Assembly (NCBI GenBank): GCA_947653375.1
Contig: CANTHA010000001.1
Location: 1 to 56,046 of the forward strand
Direction: 5' to 3'
DNA from: an uncultured Clostridium sp.
Lineage (GTDB): Bacteria; Bacillota; Clostridia; TANB77; CAG-508
DNA length: 56,046 nucleotides
Shown: positions 10,019 through 20,007 of the stretch, piece after piece
Numbering within the stretch: position 1 is the stretch's first letter
Layout: every line of letters begins with the position of its first letter
Made by a program: the position numbers and the translations under genes
Notes under the pieces: generated by a model
What the model saw: only the letters and a program-made list of their open reading frames with translations
What the model was told of the DNA's origin: nothing
Database searches by the model: none

Positions 10019-13000
10019 ATGAAAGATATAATTAAAAAATTTAGCATTAAAAATATTATATGTTTCCTTTTAATATTTACAATATTTTTAAATATATTTT
10101 TGCCAACTCTATGTTTTGCTATAGAACAAAAAAATAATGAAAGTATAACTAATAATAATTTATCTAATAGTACAAATACAATTAACAATACTACAAGTAA
10201 TACTAATACTACTATAAATGATACTATAAATAATACTATAAGTAATTCCACAAGCAATACTAATACAAATCAAGTAGATAAAATTGAAGAAGATACTCAA
10301 GAAGAACAAAAAAAGGATGAATCAAAAGAAGAAAATAAGGACGAAAGTGTAGAGGAATTTGTTCAAGAAGAACTTGAAACACAAGTTAATATGCTAAAAG
10401 GTACTAATCAGATTAGTGACAAAATAGAAGATGGAATATATGAAATTGTATCTGCAAAAAATACAGGTAAATTATTAAGTATAGATAATAATTCAAATGC
10501 AGAAATATGGGAAAGAGTAAATGATAAAAGTCAAAAGTTTCAAATTACATATTCAAACGAAGGATATTACACAATAAAAATATTAAATACAGAAAAAGTG
10601 CTAGATGTATATGCAGGTTTATGTGATAGTGGAACAAATGTACAAGCATATCAAAGAAACAATTCAGATGCACAAAAATGGATAATAAAGAAAGAAACAA
10701 ATGGACAATATTCAATAATATCAAAATCAAGCGGATTATATTTAGATATATATGCAGGAGATACAACAAATGGGGCAAATGTACAGATATATGAAGGTAA
10801 TGGAAGTATTGCTCAGAGGTTTGTATTCAAAAAAGTAGAAGAGATAAAAAGTGAAAGAACAATAAAAGATGGAATATATGAAATTGCATCTGCAAAAGAT
10901 ATAAGTAAATTATTAAGTATAGATAATAACTCAAATGCTTTAATATGGCAAAAATCTAATAATAAAAGTCAAAAGTTTCAAGTTACATATTCAAATGAAG
11001 GATATTATACAATTAAGATATTAAATACAGAAAAAGTATTAGATATATATGCAGGTTTGCGTGATAATGGAACAAATGTACAAGCATATCAAGGAAACAA
11101 TTCAGATGCACAAAAATGGATAATAAAAAAAGAGGCAAATGGACAATATTCAATAATATCAAAATCAAGTGGATTGTATTTAGATATATATGCAGGAGAT
11201 ACAACAAATGGAGCAAATGTGCAGATATATGAAGGTAATGGAAGTATTGCTCAGAAATTTATATTTCAAGAGCCACAACAAATAAAAGGAGAAAAGACAA
11301 TACCAGATGGAATGTATAAAATTAAATCAGCAATCAACCAAAAAATGGTACTAGATATTTCAGGAGGAAGTAAAGCTGATTTTGCAAATGTACAAATATG
11401 GGAAGATAGTAATGTAAAGCAACAAAAATTTCATATAAAATATATAGGAAATGGATTTTATACAATAAGAGCAGTACATTCAAAAAAGTCTGTAGATGTA
11501 TATGCAGGTTCTCAAGAATTGGGTGCAAATGTAAACCAATATTCATATAATGGTGGAGATGCACAACAATGGATTATAAAAGATGCTGGAAGTGGATATT
11601 ATAATTTAATATCTAAATGTAATTATTTATATTTAGATATATATGCAGGAGCAACTTCAAATGGAACAAATGTGCAAATGTATGAAGGAAATGGAAGTAA
11701 TGCACAAAAATTTAAATTTGAGAAAACAGAGGCTCAAGCTATAGATAATGGTACATATGAAATAAGTATGGCTTCAAATAGTAATAAAATAATAGAAGTA
11801 AATGATAGTAGTAGGGAAGATTTTGCAAATGTACAAATATGGGATAGACTAAATAGAAATTGTCAAAAGTTTAATGTAATATATAATGAAAATACTAAAG
11901 AATATACAATAAAAGCTGTACATTCTAATAAAGCATTAGATGTATATGCAGGTTTAAATGAAAATGGAACAAATGTACAACAATATACAGCTAATAATTC
12001 AATTGCACAAAAATGGAATATAATAGATTTAGGTGATGGTACTTATAATATAGTTTCAAAATGTAATGGCCTATATTTGGACGTATATGGAGGCTCTACT
12101 AAAAATGGAGCAAATGTACAAGTGTACAAAGGAAATGGTTCTATTGCACAATTATTTAGATTTAATGAAACTACTATAACAGATGGAAATTGTTCGGATT
12201 TTGAATTTGTAAATGAAAATAGATATCCAGGATACAAAAATTTATTAAGGGATTTGCAAAACAAATATCCTAATTGGACAATAAGACTTGAATATACAGG
12301 TCTTGATTGGAACAGAGTAATAGAATCTGAAGATCAATTTAGTGGAGGAAGCCCAAAAAATTTAATACATGATTCATATGGAAATGAATGGATAAATGGA
12401 ACAACAAAGTATGATGTTACTAATAATTGGTATCGTGCTTCAAGAAAGGCAATAGCATATATGATGGATCCTCGTAATAGTCTAACAGAAAAGTGGATAT
12501 TCCAATTTCAAGATTTATCATCTTCTTCAGGAACAAGACAAGAAGTAGCAAAAATGACACAAGGAACATTTCTATGTAAAGATACAATAATTGATGAGAT
12601 TATGAGAACTTCACAAGAACAAAATATTAGTCCATTCCATTTAGTATCTAGAATAAAACAAGAACAAGGTGCTGATGGTAAAGGAATATTAAATGGTAAT
12701 TATGAATATTTACGGAAAAAAAGTTTATAATTTATTTAATATAAATGTTAGTGGAAATACATCAGCTGGAATATTAGCAGGAGCTAGATATGCTTATGAT
12801 AAAGGTTGGTTTACACAAGAAGCATCTATAAGAGGAGGAGCAGAATTTTTAAAAACTAAATATATAAGCAAAGGACAAACTACATTATATTATCAGAAAT
12901 ATAACGTAGTAAATCATGAAGAATTATTTGGACATCAATATATGCAAAATATTAGAGCAGCAAATGACGAAGGAAATATGATTTATAAAGCATATTATGA

Positions 13001-13088
13001 AAATGGAGTTTTACAAAGTCATTTTGAATTTGTTATTCCAGTATATGAAAATATGCCATCATCAGCATCACCTAGACCAAATAATTAA
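10019..13088 (+). pseudogene. Secreted hydrolase: signal peptide, N/T/S- and E/K-rich linker, four ricin-type lectin modules, GH73-like N-acetylglucosaminidase. Split by a +1 frameshift at an A7 run (12716-12722).
   Basis: The 906-aa ORF ends at 12730. The 131-aa ORF starting at 12693 continues the same catalytic domain (YGKKVYNLFNINV...GWFTQEASIRGGAEFLKTKYISKGQTTLYYQKYNV). Both frames are open across 12693-12730. I prefer the ATG at 10019 because it gives a clean signal peptide. Confidence 0.75.
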
Positions 13089-13112
13089 TATTTTTTATAC
13101 AAGGAGAATGAC

Positions 13113-14048
13113 ATGAAAAAAATATCATTAATTATACCAATGTATTGTGAAGAAAAAGTTATAAAAGAATGCTATAATAGAATAGTAAAAACTTTAGGAA
13201 CCTTAGAAGATTATGAAAGAGAAATTATATTTATAAATGATGGGAGTAAAGATAAAACATTAGAAATATTAGAAAATATAGCATCAAAAGATAAAAATGT
13301 TAAAGTAATATCTTTTTCAAGAAATTTTGGACATCAAGCAGCTGTTACTGCTGGATTAAAAGAAGTAACAGGAGATGTAGTAGTAATAATTGATGCAGAT
13401 TTACAAGATCCTCCAGAGATAATACCTGAAATGTTAAGATTATGGGAAAATGGTAATGAAGTAATATACGGAAAAAGAAAAAAAAGAAAAGGTGAATCGG
13501 CTTTTAAATTATTTACTGCAAAAATGTTTTATAAAACACTTAATGCATTATCTGATGTAGAAATACCTAAAGATACAGGAGACTTTAGATTAGTAGACAG
13601 AAAAGTAGTAGATGCAATAAATGATATGCCAGAACATAATAAATTTCTAAGAGGCTTATTTAGTTGGGTAGGATATAGACAAGTTGCTTATGAATATGAA
13701 AGACAAGAAAGATTTGCTGGAAAAACAAAATATTCATTAAGGAAGATGTTAAAACTTGCATCAGATGGAATTATCAGCTTTTCTACAAAGCCATTAAAGA
13801 TATTAGGAGGAATAGGAATATTTTCAATAATAATATCTATATGTATATTAACATATGCACTAATATCATATATATTTAAATTAAATAATTTATCTGCAGG
13901 TTGGACATCATTGATGGTTACAATTACATTCTTTTCAGGAGTTCAATTAATATCTTTATGGTTAATTTCAGAGTATATAGGTAGAATTTATGATGAATCA
14001 AAGCAAAGACCACAATATATTATAGATAAAAAAATTAATATAGAATAA
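13113..14048 (+). CDS. GT2 polyprenyl-phosphate glycosyltransferase (CsbB/ArnC/GtrB-like)
   Basis: ISLIIPMYCEE...INDGSKDKT...SRNFGHQAAVTAGL...IDADLQDPPE plus two C-terminal TM helices. Confidence 0.85.
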   Translation: MKKISLIIPMYCEEKVIKECYNRIVKTLGTLEDYEREIIFINDGSKDKTLEILENIASKDKNVKVISFSRNFGHQAAVTAGLKEVTGDVVVIIDADLQDPPEIIPEMLRLWENGNEVIYGKRKKRKGESAFKLFTAKMFYKTLNALSDVEIPKDTGDFRLVDRKVVDAINDMPEHNKFLRGLFSWVGYRQVAYEYERQERFAGKTKYSLRKMLKLASDGIISFSTKPLKILGGIGIFSIIISICILTYALISYIFKLNNLSAGWTSLMVTITFFSGVQLISLWLISEYIGRIYDESKQRPQYIIDKKINIE

Positions 14049-14154
14049 AAGTTATTATTCAGTGTAGCATAAAAATTAACTGTTCTAAATATTAATATAT
14101 CAACATTTAGAACTACTCTATAAAGTTAAATCTAAACTGTAACTAATAAAACAT

Positions 14155-14190
14155 AAAAAGTACAAGAAACTCTTGTACTTTTTGTATTTT
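14155..14190 (+). terminator. Rho-independent terminator
   Basis: aaaaagtacaaga-aac-tcttgtacttttt forms a 13-bp stem followed by a T-rich tail. Confidence 0.75.
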
Positions 14191-14232
14191 AATGGTATGA
14201 TAAACACGTAAAAATCGAAAGGAAGTGTAAGT

Positions 14233-15099
14233 ATGAAAATACTAATTACAGGAGCAAATGGAATGCTTGCAAAATCTGTAATAAAAAGATTAGAAAAAGA
14301 AAATGAATTAATTTGTACAGATGTTGAAGATTTAGATATAACAAATCAAGAAGCTGTAATAAAATATGTTAAGGAATTGGCACCAAATTGTATAATCAAT
14401 TGTGCAGCATATACAGCAGTTGATAAAGCAGAAGAAGCTGGACCAATAGTAGAAAAAATTAATGCAGATGGACCAGGAAATTTAGCTAAAGCTGCAAATG
14501 AAGTAGGAGCACCATTAGTACATATAAGTACAGACTATGTATTTGGTGGAGAATTAGATATTGAAAAAGACTATAAAGAAGATGATGCGAAATCACCAGT
14601 AACAGCCTATGGAATAACAAAATTACATGGTGAAGAACAAATACAAAAAAATACAGATAAATACTACATATTTAGAACTGCATGGTTATATGGAGATGGT
14701 AATAACTTTGTAAGAACAATGTTAAAATTAGGAGAAGCTAAAGATGAAATAAGTGTTGTTGCAGATCAACATGGAAGTCCAACATATGCAGAAGATTTAG
14801 CTGATTTTATTGGACAAGCCATAGAAAAACAAATACCTTATGGAGTATACCATACAACAAACGAAGGATATACAACATGGTATGACTTTACAAAAGCTAT
14901 TTTTGAATATACAGGAATAATTTGTAAAGTAAATCCAGTTACAACAGAAAAATACATTGAAATGATGAATATAGTACAAGCAAAAAGACCAAAGAATTCT
15001 AAACTTTCAAAAGAAAAATTAAAACAACAAGGAATCAAAGTTCCAGCTTGGGAAGATGCATTAAAAAGATATTTAAAACAAGAAGGAAAAATGGCTTAA
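14233..15099 (+). CDS. rfbD: dTDP-4-dehydrorhamnose reductase
   Basis: MKILITGANGMLA...INCAAYTAVDKAEE...STDYVFGG...TAWLYG are RmlD hallmarks. Confidence 0.9.
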   Translation: MKILITGANGMLAKSVIKRLEKENELICTDVEDLDITNQEAVIKYVKELAPNCIINCAAYTAVDKAEEAGPIVEKINADGPGNLAKAANEVGAPLVHISTDYVFGGELDIEKDYKEDDAKSPVTAYGITKLHGEEQIQKNTDKYYIFRTAWLYGDGNNFVRTMLKLGEAKDEISVVADQHGSPTYAEDLADFIGQAIEKQIPYGVYHTTNEGYTTWYDFTKAIFEYTGIICKVNPVTTEKYIEMMNIVQAKRPKNSKLSKEKLKQQGIKVPAWEDALKRYLKQEGKMA

Positions 15100-15168
15100 A
15101 AATAACTCTTTTGTAACAAAACTAAATAACTAAAAAGAACAATAAACTAAGAAAGGAATGAAATAAAA

Positions 15169-16053
15169 ATGAAAAATAGAAAAGGAATTATATTAGCAGG
15201 AGGAAGTGGAACAAGACTATATCCATTAACAATAGCAATATCAAAGCAAATAATGCCAGTGTATGATAAACCAATGATATATTATCCAATATCAGTTTTA
15301 ATGGAAGCAAATATAAAAGAAGTTTTAATCATATCAACACCAAGAGATATTGTAGTATTCAAAGAACTATTAGGAGATGGTTCACAATGGGGAATGCATT
15401 TTGAATACAAAATACAAGAAAAGCCAAATGGATTAGCAGAAGCATTTATAATAGGAGATGAATTTATAGGACAAGATAATGTTGCAATGATATTAGGTGA
15501 CAACATGTTTTATGGTTCTCATTTATCAGAAATATTAAAAAGAGCAAATGAAAGAGAAAACGAATCTACAATATTTGGTTATTATGTAAAAGATCCAAGA
15601 AGATATGGAGTAGTAGAAATAGACGAAAATGGAAAAGCAATATCAATAGAAGAAAAGCCAGAAGAACCAAAATCAAACTATGCGGTTCCTGGATTATATT
15701 TTTACACCAATGATGTAATAGAAATTGCTAAAAATACAAAGCCATCAGCAAGAGGAGAACTAGAAATAACATCTGTTAATGATGAATACATGAAAAGAGG
15801 AAAATTAACAGTTGAAAAATTAGGGAATGGAATGGCATGGTTTGATACAGGAACACATGATGCATTAATAGAAACAGCAAGTTTTGTACAAACAATAGAA
15901 AAAAGACAAGGAATTCAAGTATCATGTCCAGAAGAAATTGCTTACAAAAAAGGATGGATAACAGCAGAAGAATTATCAAAAATAGCAGATAAATACATGA
16001 AAACAGAATATGGACAATACTTAAAAGATTTAGCAACTAATAAAATAGTGTGA
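15169..16053 (+). CDS. rfbA: Glucose-1-phosphate thymidylyltransferase
   Basis: [31 protein letters not shown]...LGDN.FYG are canonical RmlA motifs. Confidence 0.95.
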   Translation: MKNRKGIILAGGSGTRLYPLTIAISKQIMPVYDKPMIYYPISVLMEANIKEVLIISTPRDIVVFKELLGDGSQWGMHFEYKIQEKPNGLAEAFIIGDEFIGQDNVAMILGDNMFYGSHLSEILKRANERENESTIFGYYVKDPRRYGVVEIDENGKAISIEEKPEEPKSNYAVPGLYFYTNDVIEIAKNTKPSARGELEITSVNDEYMKRGKLTVEKLGNGMAWFDTGTHDALIETASFVQTIEKRQGIQVSCPEEIAYKKGWITAEELSKIADKYMKTEYGQYLKDLATNKIV

Positions 16054-16306
16054 CAAAGGGGTCGGGTTTATTTGTCACATTAATAATAAAAAAATATAAG
16101 TTTATATATAAAATATTAAAATTAAATTCATTGCTGGTCAGGTTAATCGTATAAATAATTTAGCACATTTCATAATTAGAAAATTTAGTCTATCTAACCT
16201 ATATGAATATTACCTTTCCAAACTGTGCGTCATTTATTTTAATATTTTATAGATAAACTAAATTAATTATCAAACTGTGACAAATAAGGGCGACCCCTTT
16301 GTCACA
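16049..16306 (+). mobile_element. MITE-like insertion between rfbA and rfbC: 31-nt GC-containing hairpin ends (28/31 inverted identity) around a divergent copy of the repeat-family core (16131-16231)
   Basis: tgtgacaaaggggtcgggtttatttgtcaca (16049-16079) against tgtgacaaataagggcgacccctttgtcaca (16276-16306). The internal sequence ttgctggtcaggttaatcgtataaa...acctttccaaactgtgcgtc matches the core of the other copies. Confidence 0.6.
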
Positions 16307-16327
16307 AAAGAGAAGGAGTGTTAATAA

Positions 16328-16912
16328 ATGGGAAAGTTTAAAAAGGTAGAGACTTCTATAGATGGAGTATATGTTATTGAACCAACGATTTTTGGAGATA
16401 GTAGAGGTTATTTTATGGAGACATATAGTAATACTGAATTTGCAGAAATTGGTTTAAATTATAATTTTGTACAAGATAATCAATCTAAATCTAGTAAAGG
16501 TGTTTTAAGAGGATTGCATTTTCAAAAAGAAAATACACAAGCTAAACTAGTTAGAGTAATTAAAGGTGAAGTTTTTGATGTAGCAGTAGATTTAAGACCT
16601 GGTAGTAAAACATATGGTAAATGGGAAGGTGTAATACTTTCTGAAGAAAACAAAAAAATGTTTATGATTCCTAGAGGTTTTGCACATGGATTTTTAGTAT
16701 TATCAGATGAAGCAGAATTTACGTATAAATGTGATGATATATATAATCATGAAGCAGAAGGTGGATTAGCATGGAATGACCCAGATGTAGCAATTGATTG
16801 GCCTTTAGGAGATATGAACGTAGAGGATTTATTGACATCTGAAAAAGATGCAAAATGGCCATCTTTAAAAGAATTAAAAGAAACAGATTTATTTCAAAAT
16901 TTAAAACAATGA
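16328..16912 (+). CDS. rfbC: dTDP-4-dehydrorhamnose 3,5-epimerase
   Basis: FGDSRGYFMETY...QDNQSKSSKGVLRGLHFQ...KLVRV.KGEVFDVAVDLR are RmlC hallmarks. Confidence 0.95.
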   Translation: MGKFKKVETSIDGVYVIEPTIFGDSRGYFMETYSNTEFAEIGLNYNFVQDNQSKSSKGVLRGLHFQKENTQAKLVRVIKGEVFDVAVDLRPGSKTYGKWEGVILSEENKKMFMIPRGFAHGFLVLSDEAEFTYKCDDIYNHEAEGGLAWNDPDVAIDWPLGDMNVEDLLTSEKDAKWPSLKELKETDLFQNLKQ

Positions 16913-16930
16913 AAAAATGAGGAATATTAA

Positions 16931-17718
16931 ATGATAGATTTATTAAAGGTTAAAGAGGCATTTAAAGATTATATTTCAAGTTATGATATTAATGAACCAA
17001 GAATATGTATAAAAATAATTCATATGTATCATGTTGCTGAAAATTGTAGGAAAATTGCTGAAACATTAGAAATATCTGAAGAAGAACAAAATTTAGCTGA
17101 ATTAATAGGATTGTTACATGATATTGGAAGATTTGAACAGGTTAGATTATATCACACTTATTCAGATAAAGTTAGTGTTGACCATGGTCAAAAAGGTGTA
17201 GAAGTATTATTTGGTGATAAATTAATTAGAAAATTTGTACAAGATGAAACAAATGATGCTATTATATATAAAGCAATTAATAATCACAATAAATTAAAAA
17301 TAGAAAAAGGATTATCAGAGCGTGAAATGTTGCATTGCAAAATTGTTAGAGATGCAGATAACGTAGATATCTTTAGAGCAGTACTTGATGAAAATCAAAA
17401 AATAGAAGAATTTGGACATTTAGGAAGTAAAAATATATCAGCAGAAGTTTTAAGTGAAGAATTTTTTGAAGACTTTAAAAAGAAGAACCTTTAATATATT
17501 CAAAAGCTAAAACAGATATGGATATAATGGTAGCTATAATTGCACATATATATGCAGTAAATTTTAAAGAGAGTTTAAAAATAATAAAAGAAAATGACTA
17601 TATTAACAAATTTGTAAAAAGAATAAATCCTAAAGATTTATATACAAAAGAGAAAATGAATGAAACAGCTGATATAGCAATGAATTATATTGATAAAAAA
17701 ATAAAAGGAAAGGAATAA
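16931..17718 (+). pseudogene. HD-domain phosphohydrolase, split by a -1 frameshift at an A5 run (17477-17481)
   Basis: The 187-aa ORF (H...LLHDIGR...D pattern) stops at 17492-17494. The frame of the 66-aa ORF is open from 17479 and reads KEEPLIYSKAKTDMDIMVAIIAHIY, a natural continuation. Confidence 0.6.
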
Positions 17719-17724
17719 GAAAAA

Positions 17725-18693
17725 ATGAGTAAAAATGTATTAGTAACAGGAGCAGCAGGTTTTATAGGAGCAAACTTTGCAGAATATTTTGTAAATAAAC
17801 ACTCAGACTATAAGGTAGTAGTTGTTGACAAATTAACATATGCAGGTAACATAGAGAATTTAAAAAAAGTACAAGATAAAATAATATTTGAGCAAGCAGA
17901 TATTTGTGATTTTGAAAAAATGAAAGAAATATTTGATAAATATGATATAAATGGAGTAATTCATTTTGCAGCAGAATCACATGTTGATAATAGTATAAAA
18001 GATCCATTTGTATTTACACAAACAAATGTAATAGGAACACATACATTATTAGAAACAGCAAAACAAAAATGGGGAGAAGGAAGCACTAATAAATTTGTAC
18101 ATATTTCAACAGATGAAGTTTATGGATCATTAGGAGAAGAAGGATATTTCACAGAAACCTCTACAATTAAACCAAGTAGTCCATATTCATCATCAAAAGC
18201 AAGTTCTGACTTAATTGCATTTGCATATAAAGAAACATATAAAATGAATATTAATGTAACAAATTGTTCTAATAATTATGGACCATACCAACATAATGAA
18301 AAATTAATACCACATATGATTAAGTTAGCTTTAAAGGAAGAAAAATTACCAGTATATGGTAAAGGATTAAATATTAGAGATTGGTTATATGTAGAAGATC
18401 ATTGTGAAGCAATTGATTTAGTATTTCATAAAGGAATATCAGGAGAAAGATATAATATTGGTGGACACAATGAAAAAAGAAATATAGAAATTGTAAAATT
18501 AATTTTACAAAGATTAGGAAAGTCAGAAGATTTAATAGAATATGTAACTGACAGAAAAGGTCATGATTATAGATACGCAATAGATCCAACAAAAATTAAA
18601 AATGAACTTGGTTGGTATCCAAAAACAAAGTTTGAAGATGGAATTGTGAAAACAATTGATTGGTATTTAGATAATCCAGAATGGTTAAAATAA
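17725..18693 (+). CDS. rfbB: dTDP-glucose 4,6-dehydratase
   Basis: VLVTGAAGFIGANF...DKLTYAGN...HFAAESHVDNS...STDEVYG...PYSSSKASSD are RmlB hallmarks. Confidence 0.95.
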   Translation: MSKNVLVTGAAGFIGANFAEYFVNKHSDYKVVVVDKLTYAGNIENLKKVQDKIIFEQADICDFEKMKEIFDKYDINGVIHFAAESHVDNSIKDPFVFTQTNVIGTHTLLETAKQKWGEGSTNKFVHISTDEVYGSLGEEGYFTETSTIKPSSPYSSSKASSDLIAFAYKETYKMNINVTNCSNNYGPYQHNEKLIPHMIKLALKEEKLPVYGKGLNIRDWLYVEDHCEAIDLVFHKGISGERYNIGGHNEKRNIEIVKLILQRLGKSEDLIEYVTDRKGHDYRYAIDPTKIKNELGWYPKTKFEDGIVKTIDWYLDNPEWLK

Positions 18694-18790
18694 AAACATA
18701 GCAATTTCGTAATATCAAGATTTATTGTAATTAACTGTTCATAAATGTTAAGAAATATATAACATTAATATATATAGGAGATCTAAAAAA

Positions 18791-19786
18791 ATGAAAGAAG
18801 ATTCACAAATTGATATTTTACTTGCAACCTATAATGGAGAGAAATATTTAAAAGAACAAATTGATAGTATATTAAATCAGACTTACAAAAATTTTAGACT
18901 TATTATTTCAGATGATTGTTCTACAGACTCAACAAGAGATATATTAAAAGAATATGAAGAAAATGAAAGAATACAAGTTTATTATCAAGAACAGAATTTA
19001 GGATATATTAAGAATTTTGAATTTTTAATTAAACAAGTAAAAAATGATATATATATGTTATCAGACCAAGATGATATATGGTTACCTGAAAAAATAGAAA
19101 AAACATATAATAAATTAGTAAAAGAAGATGCAGATTTAGTCTTTACAGATTTAGAAGTTGTAGATGAAAACTTGAATACTATTTATGAATCATTTAATGA
19201 TTATATGTTATTAAGCAGAAAAATAACAAAATATATAGATAGTTATAAATTCAATTACTTATATAATTGTATTACTGGATGTACTATAATGGCTAAAAAA
19301 GAATTGATTAATAAAGTATTACCATTTCCTTCAAATTCAAAATATATGGTACATGATTATTGGTTAGGAATTATAACAGCTATAAATGGAAAAGTAGCTT
19401 ACCTAAATGAAAGAACAATAAAATATAGGCAACATGGGAATAACCAGATAGGTACTAATAAAATATCACATAAAATGAAAACTTTAAAGGAAGTAAGAGA
19501 ACTATTTATAGAAGTAAAATTACAAATATTCGAAATTTATGTGAATAATAATCAAAAGTTTCCAGAAAAAATACAAATATTAAATAATGATGCTTATAAT
19601 TATTTTTGTATGATAAGGAATAAAAAGAATTTTAATTTTAAAAAATGGACTGTTTTTCATGAGTTATATAAATCAGAAAGATTTATGTATTATATTGAAA
19701 ATTTTATAATTATGAATATGCCATTTATAGGAAGAGGATTATTTAAAGTAAGACATGGTATTTTAAAAATTATGGGAAAGAGATAA
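18791..19786 (+). CDS. GT2 family glycosyltransferase (rhamnosyltransferase-like)
   Basis: IDILLATYNGEKYLKEQIDSILNQTY...ISDDCSTD...LSDQDDIWLPEK is the pattern of WbbL/RgpB-like GT2 enzymes. Confidence 0.8.
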   Translation: MKEDSQIDILLATYNGEKYLKEQIDSILNQTYKNFRLIISDDCSTDSTRDILKEYEENERIQVYYQEQNLGYIKNFEFLIKQVKNDIYMLSDQDDIWLPEKIEKTYNKLVKEDADLVFTDLEVVDENLNTIYESFNDYMLLSRKITKYIDSYKFNYLYNCITGCTIMAKKELINKVLPFPSNSKYMVHDYWLGIITAINGKVAYLNERTIKYRQHGNNQIGTNKISHKMKTLKEVRELFIEVKLQIFEIYVNNNQKFPEKIQILNNDAYNYFCMIRNKKNFNFKKWTVFHELYKSERFMYYIENFIIMNMPFIGRGLFKVRHGILKIMGKR

Positions 19787-20007
19787 TATAGTTTAATAAA
19801 TATGAAAGTCACTTATATATATTTGCTTTGCTAAAAGTAGGTATATATAAGTGTTTTTTATATTATAGGAAAGAAAAAAGTATAGAAATCAATAAATTAA
19901 ATTACAAGCAAAAAATCTAACAATTAATTGGGTTGAAATAAATGGAAATAAGTGGTATAATTGAATAGCTACTATTTTAATTTAATAAGTAAGAAAGGTA
20001 ATTGATT

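Noticed and set aside
9955-10257. 100-aa minus-strand ORF, plus the Asn/Thr codon repeats at 2690-2880 and 10140-10270. Briefly considered as VNTR- or CRISPR-like repeats.
   Set aside because: The periodic aat/aac/act repeats are in frame with the + strand secreted proteins, forming N/T/S-rich linkers after the signal peptide. There is no repeat-spacer architecture. The antisense ORF is a by-product.
12693-12730. Programmed ribosomal frameshifting as the explanation for the split hydrolase, GT2 and HD genes.
   Set aside because: There is no canonical slippery heptamer with a downstream stimulatory structure. Two of the three sites are simple A-runs, which are typical of slippage mutations or homopolymer miscalls. 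I treat them as mutation or error until reads are checked.
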